NCBI RefSeq assembly: GCF_009914755.1
Contig: NC_060934.1
Origin: the human T2T-CHM13v2.0 reference genome, Homo sapiens
Length of the DNA stretch: 64,000 bases
Direction: 5' to 3' (one strand)
The notes under the pieces are model-generated. The model saw nothing but the letters and a program-made list of their open reading frames with translations. It was not told the origin of the DNA and searched no databases. This document shows, piece by piece, positions 1 through 12,320 of the stretch (within the stretch, counting starts at the first letter, position 1; every line of letters begins with the position of its first letter). A program made the position numbers and the translations under genes.

Positions 1-959
1 TCTCAGAGTTGTGCAACAAACAGCTTATAAGGAAACTGTGAAGCCCACTGTACTTGAGACTAACATTTTCCATACACTGTGGGAGAGGGAGACTACAGTT
101 TCTTGGGAATTAAAAAAAAAATAGAATTTAATAAAGCCTTAGTATTTATTAAATTGTAGGTCTATATTCCTATTGAAAAAGCAAGTGACCTTTTCCCCAA
201 GGCCAAGTCACACACCAGAGCTGAGCTTTTCCAGACCTCTTTGGCATTACTTCTGGCTCCCCAGTGGGCAATGAGTTCTGGAGGGCAGGGAGTCCAGATC
301 CCCAGGGCCTAGCACAGTGGTTGACTCATAGCTGCTCGTTAACATTTGTTACTTTTAATGATACAAGCTCATAAATAAGTAGCTCATTTATAGCTTGTAC
401 TGCAAATTCACTTTTATTATGGGATGGAAAAGGTACAAAATATGGTGGCACTATACAGAAAACTGTTAGCTGGGGATGCCTGACAGAAACAGTGCTAACA
501 GTGACGGGAGGCCACAGCAAGGGCACAGGGAGGAGCATTTATTTAAAAGGAACAGAAAAGACAAGGCAATTCTAGAGAATGCCTAGGGAGTGGTGTATAT
601 TAAGCTCTACCTACAATAGTCCAATTATTCTTAAAGATTAAAAAAATGCAGTACACTGAAATCAGACAAAATATGGCTGTCAACATATTTTAGCAACTTA
701 ACAAAACAAACAGCTTCAGATTTAAAAGAAATGGTGTTGCTTCCTGACATATAATTGTACAAGGGGGAGGGGATAAAGGAGAAAGAAGAAAACAAAATTC
801 ATTATGTATAATGTGAAAACCTGTGATTAGCAGTTCAGACACTACCTATGTAGACCTTGATGTCTTTGGAGGTTATGGAATAAGCTCTGTGCCACACATT
901 TTTTAAAAAAACAACACCATGGTTAATGTATTGAGTGCTGACTAATCATATAAAGTTAC

Positions 960-1060
960 TCTTAAGTCCATTTTACAGATGAAAAACTGAGGTAGGAACT
1001 CGTCCAACATCACACAGCTAGTGAGGCGTAACGGATGGAGCCATTTTCCTGGTATCCAGA
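960..1060 (-). mobile_element. MIR fragment
   Basis: ccattttacagatgaaaaactgagg...cacacagctagt MIR core. Confidence 0.6.
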
Positions 1061-4000
1061 GGCACTAGAGAATTGTTGTTGTCCAGTATCTTTGATCATA
1101 TTAATATATCTTTATCAATCATTTTACAATAATTCCTATAAAACATGTACCTGAATACGAAGCACATATCCAAACATTTTCTTCCACAAAAAAGACACAC
1201 AAAAATAAACACTGTGGACTTTCTCCAAAGCTCATGTGGAACACTTTGAATAGACCTGATAACTGCTTCTCTTTAAGCTGAGTAAGTGTGCTAGTCTCCC
1301 CTTTCTGAATCTGAGATTAAACTGAGCCAATTATCTAGAGGTGATACATCAAGGTCCCACAGAAAGTACAATTTTGTTACTATTCAAATGAGAAATTAAC
1401 AGTTAAAAACTATATTTTTGACCTTGTTTTATAAGTATGCTTGATATCAAAATAAGTACTGGGCTCCTAAGATCCTCAAGATTCTGAAATGGGCAGAAAT
1501 TGCTCAACTAGAAGCGAGAATATCAAATCCTTACTCCATTAAATTAACAGTTCAAAGTAAACTTAAATTTAGAAAGGTTAAAAAGTACCTTTTTATGACT
1601 TTAGCCTTTCAAGAAAGATACTGGTAGTAGAGAGAAGGGGAAAGATTGCTGAAACACTTAAAATCTAGTCTTGGTTCTCACATTTAGGTATGTGGCTCTG
1701 GAGAAGTGACTCAAACCATCAAAAGGTTGTTCTCCAAAGAACAAAAACAAGGATGATGATCCCTGCCTATCTCCTAGGTTTGTGGCAAGGTTTTAATGAG
1801 GTCATGGAGGTAAAGTGCTTCAGAAATCGTAACATTCCACGCAAATGCCACACATCATTCTTAGATAGATCCCCAATTTCATACCAGGTTTATGCTCCAA
1901 ACGATCAGTACTAAATCACTTGTTTACACTATGGAAGATGTGGTCTCATAGAGGCAATGCTATAAATGGTGACTGGCCTGTACACGCCTATTTAATTAGG
2001 AATATACCCACAGCACAGTGTTAACAGCGTGACTGCAAATCCACCTACCTGTCAGAGAGCTGGGTTTATCAACCAGGGGTGGGAGCTAAAAGTGAGATAA
2101 AGATATAAAAATACTCCTGGGTACCTTCAGTGTCCTTCTAGGTCAGTTATTCTAAAAGCATTCTGAGGAGGGTGACACAGGATAACTGTCCCTATACCAG
2201 CCTCTGCTAAATGGAAACTGTATGTAAATGCTTGTAAGAACTTTCTGCATACTAAGTGTTCTGAGAACGCATGATTTGCTTACATCCTGAAACAAAAGCA
2301 TATCATTTGGGGAAAGAAAATTAAATTAGCAGATTAGTTTGTAAGTGAAAAGAAAAAAAACTGAAAAATTAATCTACTTTTAATCCTTCTTAGAGCTGAC
2401 TATACACATAGCTAAACCACGAACAGTGTGATATTTAGATGAAAAGTGGATTTTATCTTCTTCCTAAGTCATATATAGAGGCATACTTTCTAAGCTATCT
2501 GAATAAGTTTTGCTTGCTTTAATAATTCAGTTTATAGTCATGATAAGCTGTCACATGTAACTCTGTAGATTAAAAGCATTTAGTAATTTTCTTTGTCTAA
2601 AAGAAATACAACAAATTTTCATATGCATCTCTCACAACTCAATTCTGAAAAATTGCACTGATTATAAATTATGTTTTAGTATTGGTAATATGAGAAATTC
2701 TCATTTTCCTTGGTACACTGTAAAAGAAAATAAATAGTACAAGCCTGCTACCTCATTAGTGATTACTAAAAGCAAACAAAGCTACTACTTATGACAACTG
2801 TCTCCTACTTTAACAACCTTAATTTCAGTATCTTTGCAGCATTGATGAAATTTTTTCAGCCTTACAACATCAGCCTTCTAAAGTTTAGGGCTCCTATGTC
2901 TGCTCTGAAGGCATTTTTTCATGCCTTTATTCTTTAATAGTTATTATCTCCTAAGATTTTCTGATCCTTTCCTTTTATGTTTCTTTTCTCAAGAAAGTCA
3001 TTCACTCCCAGTTTCAACTGTGGTTCCAAAATCTTCACTAGTAAAACAAAACACAACACAACACATAACGATTACATGAAAGCCATGTGTTTGGTTTTGG
3101 AATGTTCATAGTTATACTGGGTTAAGAATATGACTATTACCTTGGACAACTGCTTGTACCACTGGGCAAGGTGCTTTCCACATTATTCATTTAATATTCA
3201 TAACGCCTCTAAGAACTAGTTACAGTTGTTCTAAGACTGATACCTAAGAAAACAGTAGACCTAAAAGTAACTAGCCTAAAGTTATCTGCTAGTAAGTGGT
3301 AAGAGAAGATATATTCTTAGAATTTGCATGACATGGATTTTCAGAGAGGAAAAGAGCAGATCACTAAGTGTACAAAGTTTCAAGACAGAAGAAAGTAAAG
3401 ATAACTGAATCCATTCAGATATCTACAAGGACTTCACGGATACAGCAACTTCCATTTCTACACGGTACTTCGTAAGGGAACTCTGAAGTATGACAACTTA
3501 GTTTTGAAGTTATACTTGAAAGGTCAGTGAGTTAGCTATAATAAAGTCTTAACCGTTACCTAAATATGTAAACACAAAAGTGATCAAAACAACCTCAGTG
3601 ACAATGACTCAGTAGACATTTTAATGATATATATGTGAACTTCTAAAAACTATACTTTGTTAGGTAGAATAGCTAAGCATAGGCTCCAAAGTGAATGATT
3701 CAGATGATCTTCCTCTGCTTCTTTATCCTGGGAGGTCAATTATACAGAAATATCCTGGAAGATCTGTTTATTTAATATTCGTTTGGATAAGTAAAGAAGA
3801 AAATGATTTACTTTTCAAACAGTTTGTTCAAAAGGTGGTATTTTTCCCTGTTTGGGGTCAAGATTAATCAGAGGGGTCAACTACACCTTCAGTACTCCAA
3901 GAAACACAGAAACCCAACTCAACAAGGACTTGTGTGCTATTTCATTTGTTCCCATTTTCACTACTTTCCTTTTAAAATGTTCAAGAAACACAACTTACAT

Positions 4001-4105
4001 TTCATTAAATAATCCAATATATCTTTTGAATAAAATCAGGTCGCTATCAATGTATTTCAAACATATGAAGACATAAAACACAGAGATGATGTTAAAATCT
4101 TTTAC

Positions 4106-4178
4106 CTTCTGGGTCGTAGGTTTGAAAAACTCTTCTGGCTTGTTCTGAAGGAGCTTCAGGGGCAACTAAAGCCATATC
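4106..4178 (-). CDS. MINDY3: MINDY3 coding exon 11 (73 nt): DMALVAPEAPSEQARRVFQTYDPE(D), start of the EF-hand-like insertion
   Basis: cttttcag|GATATG...CCAGAAG|gtaaaa; F.TYDPED resembles an EF-hand loop start. Confidence 0.95.
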
Positions 4179-6503
4179 CTGAAAAGATAAGAAGCATGTT
4201 GTCAACCAGCTACAGTATTATGACATTAAAAAGAAAACAGATACTAGGGTAGGCAGACATAATGACATTGGAGTCAGAAGACTTTGAGTTACATTTGTAT
4301 CATAGATGTGTAACGAGATAGGTCATAAACTCTCCAGGCCATTTATTTTACGTCTGAAAAGTGGCAATAAAAGCTTAACCACAGAAAAGTGTTGTGAATA
4401 ATACATGTGGAGTTTTACATAAATACTTAAAACACTGGGGAAAAACGTCTAATACAGGTAGTTACTATAAAAATGTAGCATGAAAAAAAAAAACAAAAAA
4501 CAAAACAAACACAAAAACAAAACCCAAACCATTTTTTCCACATTTTTTTGTTCAGGTAAGAAGAAATAAAATATACTCCAGTTTTCAAATATTCGAAAAT
4601 AAAATCCAGAGATTTATTATAGCAAATAATGATACAATGAGATAGCAATGCATTAAAAATTTTAATTTAGTAACCTAGTCAAAGCTCAATCAACTTCTAC
4701 ATGTCCAGAATTTTAATTTTTCTGAACTCAAAGGAAACACCCTAGAGGACAGAAATTTCTTTCCCCCATAAAACAAATTCTCTACCATGACTAATTTATC
4801 ACAGAAAACATTTATCAGGATTCTAAGCACAAAAATTGTGTTCTCTTTGATTCTTTACATTTACCCCACATATCTAAGCCATTATGAAATTCTACTTGAC
4901 ACACATGAATCTAAAATGTAGGCTCCTGTTGTTTACCTCTGGTTAGCTTTTACCTATAATTGTCTTTGCCTATAATGGTGTTTACTCAGACAAACGTCAT
5001 CAGAGGGTAAGTTTCCAAGTATCCCTTCCTACTACCTTGAATCCTTTTTATGGGGTACAAATGTTAACATCTAAACTGCTGTTCCCCTGTGAACACAATT
5101 TTTGCAAGAAATGTACTTCTTAACTGTTGTTCTAATATCTCACCTTTACTCTGTTCACAGGTGAAGAAACTAAGAATCAGAGGAGTTCTAACTGAGCCAT
5201 GAGGACTCGATTCCTGAAAACCTTATTTATAAAAAACAGGAATGGGAACTAAAACAAGGCAACCTGTGCAAGCCCTTACAAGTTTTTCATGTATTACAGT
5301 AAAAGGTAAAGCAACTTAAAAACCACTTGACATTTTTTAACATTTGTAAAATTTTGTAATGCACAGTTGTCTCTCATTTACCATCCCTTGCTAGAAACTT
5401 CTTAGGCTCACCCTTCACTGCATTTCCAACATTATTTTGCTGATAATGTATACGCCCAAGTGACATGTTTTCATTTGGCTTAACTTTCAATGCCTTTTTG
5501 ATTTTATGATCTAGTCCTTTATTGCTGGACCCTTGAATTGTATCTAGTCTTCTGCTATTACAAAAAATGCTGAATCAAATAAACCTGAACATGTAACATC
5601 ATAAACGTGCAGTTATATTTGCACAGCAGGTCACCAGAGTGGGATGGCTGGGTCAAAGAAAGGTTTATTTAACCTGAACAGTATTTCTTAAAACCCTCTT
5701 TCCTTTTTCTGATACATTACCAATACAGCCTTAGCTCTATAATTAACTCTTATGCCAAAGCTAGGACTGCAGTGTTGGCTCTCAGATTTAGGGAGCAATT
5801 GCTGACATGTGGGTTATTATTATTCCTCAGTTCCCTTTATCACTCCCAAACCTTAGTTGCAGATTTCTACATTTATTCTAGTATAAGCTTTAGCTCCCTT
5901 AACTATTTCTAACACATTTTTCTTTTTCAATTGTCTCCGTTAGACTGTTGAAATTTATAGATGAACACCATAACCTTTGAAATTCTGGCTGAGAAGGTAC
6001 ATGGTTACAGATTCAAATTTTATGCAGAGGGGAACTTACAGGGGCACAAAATCAGGATACAGTTATTCTTTCTATTCGCCATCTGTTACATTCTCAACCT
6101 TTTTTTGCGGTCACCAATGAATGAGGAAAAGTTCTGAAATGAGTTTTAAGATACTGCTGGTAATTTCTAAGTATTATTTAAAACTATGATCTAAACAGAA
6201 GAAAAGGGAGTATCAGGTTACTTTTTTCTGGGTTAAATCTTTTTGGGGGAAAGGTAGTAGAAATGTAACTGAAGCGTTACTTCAATATTGCTACAAAGTA
6301 AAGTTTGGGAAATTATCGCTGTTTACATAGTAGAGGGAAGCAAGTAGAATTCCAGATTTTAGCCATAGAAGGTTTAGATCAGATTCTCTGGCATTAAGGA
6401 GCTGACAGTTCAGGAGTGTAAAAAGAATTTAAAGTAAACTACCTGATGCCTTGTCTCTAAGTGCCAAGTGTTTTTTTTTTTTTTTTTTAAATACTCTGCT
6501 AGT

Positions 6504-6912
<409 letters not shown>

Positions 6913-6989
6913 TCACCTGCTATAGAAAGAGCATTTGGAACTTAGGCAAAAATCTCGGTGGACTCTAGTTAACATGTGTTCATTTAGAG

Positions 6990-7170
6990 CAGGGTTTGGC
7001 AAGCATTTTTCTGTAATGGGCCACAGAGTAAATTTTTATAGTAAATTTTTATGTTTTGCAGGGCATATGGTCTTAGCAGCAAAACACATGGCCATGGCTA
7101 TGTTCCAATAAAACTTTACTGAAGCAGGTGGTGACTTTATTTGGCCTGAGGGCCATTTGCTGACCTATGA
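6990..7170 (+). mobile_element. MER58A-like hAT-Charlie MITE
   Basis: cagggtttggcaagcatttttctgtaatgggcca...tgttccaataaaacttta...ttggcctgagggcc...ttgctgacc. Confidence 0.7.
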
Positions 7171-7214
7171 TTTAGATAATATATTACATATTTTTTCCCC
7201 CAAATGCTCTAACA

Positions 7215-7508
7215 TTTATTTATTTTTTTTAGATGGAATCTTGCTCTGTTGCCCAGGCTGGAGTGCAGTGGTGTGATCTTGCCTCACTGCAACCTCCACC
7301 TCCCAGGTTCAAGCAAATCTCTGCCCCAGCCTCCCTAGTAGCTGGGATTACAGGCATCCACCACCATGCCCGGCTAATTTTTGTATTTTTAGTAGAGACC
7401 GGGTTTCACTATCTTGGCCAGGCTGGTCTTGAACTCCTGACCTCATGATCCACCCACCTCAGGTTCCTAAAGTGCTGGGATTACAGGCTTGAGCCACTGC
7501 AACCAGCC
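7215..7508 (-). mobile_element. Alu (AluS-like)
   Basis: Reverse Alu with poly(T); taacatttatt repeated on both sides (TSD). Confidence 0.95.
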
Positions 7509-8016
7509 TTTAACATTTATTAAACATGCCAACTTTTTGATATATGGGGGGAGTAAAGACATCTTAATCACTTTTACAGATTTTACAAAGAATATATTTT
7601 GGCTATTAGCAGAAATAGAAAAGAGGGCACAGAATTCTAGCTAGAAGGAACGGAATCAGGAAAGGCAGGGAGATGTGACTTCATAGCACACAGGGAAACT
7701 GAAAAAGGTGAACAGGACTGAGAACTGTGACAGAAAAGGAGGACTTAGGAAGGGAAATGAGCTTTGACAGAAGAATGAATTTGATTTTCGAACTTTTAGA
7801 GTTTGGAGGTAATGGTTAAACATCCAAGTAGAATACATGGAGTTATCTTAATACTTGGCACACTACGAACACTCACTGTTAGCTAACTGCGAGCTTCTCG
7901 TGAGCTATTAGAAATAGAATATTAGTGTTAGACTGAGGTTACGGCTGGGGAACTTGCAAGGGAAAATATTGAAAACTTATGGAAGCAGATTCCTTCAAAG
8001 AACTAAGAAGCGAGTA

Positions 8017-10243
8017 CAGTTGATCCTCAAACAACATGGATATGAACTGCATGGGTCCACTTATATGTGAATTTTTTCTCAATAAATATATTGGAAATTT
8101 TTCTTGGAAGAAATTTTTCTTGGAAATTTGTGACAATTTGAAAAACTCGCAAACTGTGCAGCCTAGAGATATTTTCAAAAGTTAAGAAAAAATTAAGTAT
8201 GCCATGCATGCATAAAATATATGTAGATACTAGTCTATTTTTTCTACTACCATGAAATGCCACAAATCTATTATAAAAAGTTAAAATGTATCAAAACAGG
8301 GGCATACGGACTGTACCTGGCACCACTCACAGTCAAGAGATGTAAACGAATGTAAAGATGCAGTATCAGATCACAACAGCATAAAATTAACTTTAGTGCA
8401 TACTGTACTACTGGAATAATTTCATCACCATCTCCTGATGCTATTGTGGTGAGCTTGTGTTGTATCTGCTCAGAGCACAAGTATGGCGCTAATCATCTCC
8501 GCATGTGCAGCCCATCACTCCAGTGAGTTCCACATCACAGTAAAAAGTGATCTTAAGCAGTTCTCACATACTTTTCATCATGTTTAGTGCAATACTGTAA
8601 CTCTTGAAAAAAAACCATGGAACCCATATGAAGTGCCACTAGTGATGCCGGAAGTTCTCCCAAGAAACCAAAGTCAGGACGTAAGAAAAAGTGGAATTGC
8701 TTGATATGCACCATGGATTGAGGTCTGCTGCTGTGGTTGCTCACTATGTCAAGATAAATGAATCCAGCATAAATATCGTAAAGAAAGAAAAGGAAATTCC
8801 TGAAGCCATTGCTGCAGCCATACAAACCTTCCGCTTTTTGCAAAATACCTCCTTGTACAAAAAATGCAACTTGTATGTAAGTGCAGGGTTGCTATAGGAA
8901 AGGCACACCTTTAGATTCTAATATGATTTAAGAAAAAGTGCAGTCATTATACAAGCTAAAGCAAAACAAAAGTAAAGGAGCTAAAGGTGGAGAACTTAAT
9001 GCCAGCAAAGGATGGTTTGATAATTTTAGAAACTGGTTTGGCTTTAAAAATATCAAGGTAACAGGAGAAGCAGCTTCTGCTAACAAAGAGGCAGCAGTTA
9101 AGTTCTCAGAAACCATTAAGAAAATCTTTGAGAAGAAAGAATATCTGCCTGAACAGGTTTTTAATGTGGACAAAGGTGTCCTATTCCGGCATGGGGGGGA
9201 AATGCCATAAAGGACATTTATAAGTAAGGAAGAGAAGGAAGCACTAGGATTTAAGACAGAAAGGAAAAGGCTACTGTTTTATGCACATGCAGTCAGGGTG
9301 ATGACCAGGACTGCCCTTATTTATAAAACTGCTAAACCCAAGCCTTGAAGGGAAAAGATAACACCAGCTGCCAATCTTTTGGCTGTATAAGAAAGAAGGC
9401 CTGGAAGAGAATGCTTTCTCTGGATCAGTTCTATCAATGCTGTGTACCTGAAGTTACCTAGTACCCTGCCAGTAGGAGACCACCTTTTAAAGTTCTTTTG
9501 ATATTGGACAATGTCCCTGGCCACCCAGAATCCCATGAGCTCACCACCAAAGGCACCAAAGTAGTTAACTGCCCTCAAACACAACATCACTAATACAGCC
9601 TCTAGATTAGGAGGTCATAAGGACCCTTGAGGCTCATTACACACAGTAGTCTGCAGAAAAGATGATATGGTTATTGCTATTAAAGAGAACCGCAACAGCA
9701 AGAACAACATGGAAGTCTGGTAGGATTACAGTACTGAAGAGGCCATCACTGTTACAGAAAAAGCTAATCCATCTGGCCCAAAACATATTCCTGCTAGAGA
9801 ACACTGTGTCCAGATATTGTGCATGAGTTCATAGGATTTACAGAGCCAATCAGAGTAAAGGGTTTCAAGATAAAGATCTTGGAGAAATTCAAGAGCTAAC
9901 AGATACCACATCAGAAGAAATAACAGAAGATGGCTTGATAGAGATGAGTGCTTCTGAACCAGTGCTGGACAATGAGGAAGATGACGTAGAAGAAGCAGGG
10001 CCAGAATACAAACTGACATTCATTATAATTTTAACATATTCTTTTCTCCGGCTTACGAGATTACAGTATATAATACATATAAAATACAAAATATGTGTTA
10101 ATCTACTGTTGGTTACGGTAAGGCTTCCAGCCAACAACTGGCTACTAGTAGTTAAATTTTTGAGGGAGTCAAAAGTTGTATGTGGATTTTTGACTATGCA
10201 GGGGGTTAGCACCCCAACTCCCATGTTACTCAAGGGTCAATTA
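8017..10243 (+). mobile_element. Tigger2 (pogo-family) DNA transposon with decayed transposase
   Basis: TA|cagttgatcctcaaacaaca...tgttactcaagggtcaatta terminal inverted repeats; ORF 8938..9210 gives ASKGWFDNFR..FG.KNIKVTGEAASA...YLPEQVFNVD (CENP-B/pogo HTH plus the first D of the DDE domain), broken by stops and frameshifts. Confidence 0.9.
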
Positions 10244-10260
10244 TGTTTTCAAAAACGAAC

Positions 10261-10605
10261 TGCATTAGTCTGTTTTCACACTGCTATAAAGATACTACCT
10301 GAGGTGGGGTAATTTATAAATAAAAGGTTTAACTGACTCATAGATCTACATAGCTGGGGAGGCTTCAGGAAACTTATAATCATGCCAGACAGCGAAGGAG
10401 AAGCAAGCACCTCCTTCACAAGGCAGCAGGGGAGAGAGCATGCAGGGGAAGCACCAGACATATATCAAACAACCAGATCTCCTGAGAACTCACTATCAGA
10501 AGAACAGCATGGGGGAAACAGCCCCCATGACTCAATCGCCTCCCACCAGGTCCCTCCTTACTATGCGAGATGAGATCTGGGTAGGGACAAAGCCAAATCA
10601 TATCA
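10261..10605 (-). mobile_element. MaLR solo LTR (MSTA/THE1-like)
   Basis: tgcattagtctgttttcacactgctataaag...gggacaaagccaaatcatatca matches the reverse of the MST consensus. Confidence 0.85.
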
Positions 10606-12320
10606 GGAATTAAGGCAACTTATTGGCTGAAGTTAAGTGTAAAACAAGTAACTCAAAACCCTGTATGTGGGGAAATGATAACAAACCCATTTGTTAGCTA
10701 TTTAAACAGAAACTCTTTCTTTCCTCCCAACATACAACCCAGTGATACTGGTTAGGCTCCAAATAACAAAACCACCAACTGTAACTGTCATTACTAATAC
10801 AACAAACTGTGTCTTGAACAATAAAAAAAAAAAAATCATGTTTTGCTCTTTTGGTCTCAGTCGTATACTACTAACAGCTAATTTGGTCAACTCTTTAGGC
10901 AATAACTCTTAATCACACCACTTAAAAAAGATGTGTTTACACTAGAGGATGAAAAAAGAGAATAAAAAGAGAAAAAACCCAAGAGATTATTGTAAATTCA
11001 AATGGAAACATTCCAGAAGTTTTCTTCCACAAATCAAAACCAGTACATAGTCTTCTAAAGTGATTACTGGCTTGCTTATTTTGACTGTTTACAATGCTTT
11101 TTGGATCACTGTAGAAAATGATCTTTTATTTAAACCTTGTTTAAATTTATGTAATGTTTAAATGTTCAGAGATGTAATCAGAAAGTTATGAAACCACCTT
11201 CTATTCCCATTAAAGTGTTTCATGTTGCAGTTCTTTTAACTCTGTAATTTTAATTCAAATTATAAACACTAATTTTTGCCGATTTATTTAACTTAAACAC
11301 TTGCAAACAGGGTTCCTAGTATAAAGATCTGTAGACTAATCCATGTAGCAAACTTAATATTAATATATCAATATACTGCATATTTGCATAGCAAGTTTGA
11401 AGAGCAAGTATAGAATTACATTCAATTGAGAGTGTTTTACAATCAAGACAAAACACTTCAGAGGTATAACTGCCGTATTTTTCTTATTGTACATAAAATG
11501 GTTTAGTTAGAAGGAATGTAATGACTTTATAAATGTGAAGAGGAGGATTCTACCCTCAGATTTTCCATTTCCAAAATTTAATATAGCAACAGCTTTTAGG
11601 TTCCATATGTAGTATATTTTCTCTATCTAACTATACATAAAACCATAATTTCTTAAACATTTGGCAGGCTTAATAGATGGTAGAGAAAAACCCAGTCTGT
11701 GCACTTAAGGTCGCAGTCTAATAGAACAGAGAAAAACATGCTACTCTATCTTTACTTCCAAGAATCTTATTAAATTTATCCTAAGAAAATTATCTTCCAA
11801 GATGAAGTTCTAACAAATGTACACTAATCCTACACTCCCCCACCACACACACAAAAAACCCCACGAATGATAATTAAGTAAAGGGATTCCAAGGTCAGCA
11901 AATACACTTGCATTTTCTTTTCTTCATCCCTAGTTGTAATACTTAGGAGAAAATTTCAACATGTACTGCATTTGGAACTCTTTTAGGTACCCTCAGTAGG
12001 AAGAGATCCTACACATGAGACTCAACGATTACATACTGTTTTAGTTAGCAATTTAAGCTCTGATTTACCATCAAAATTATTTTTATTGTAAAAGCAGTTC
12101 TTTACATTAGTCTGATATAATCACATGATTTTATCAGAGGAATTTATATTCAACCAATTTACTGGTCAACAGGGATTGCAAAACAATATAGCTTTTAAAA
12201 TTATCTAGCCTCACTCAGCTTAAATGCAGAGGGTTGGCGGGGGGGCGGGGGATGGAAGTAGGTGGACCAAGCTGTTAATGGGACTATCTAATAGCCTACA
12301 ATCATGAAACAGATATCTCC

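Noticed and set aside
8938-9210. Transposase-like ORF as a domesticated TIGD-type gene
   Set aside because: It is a fragment of a Tigger2 copy with stops and frameshifts across the DDE domain.
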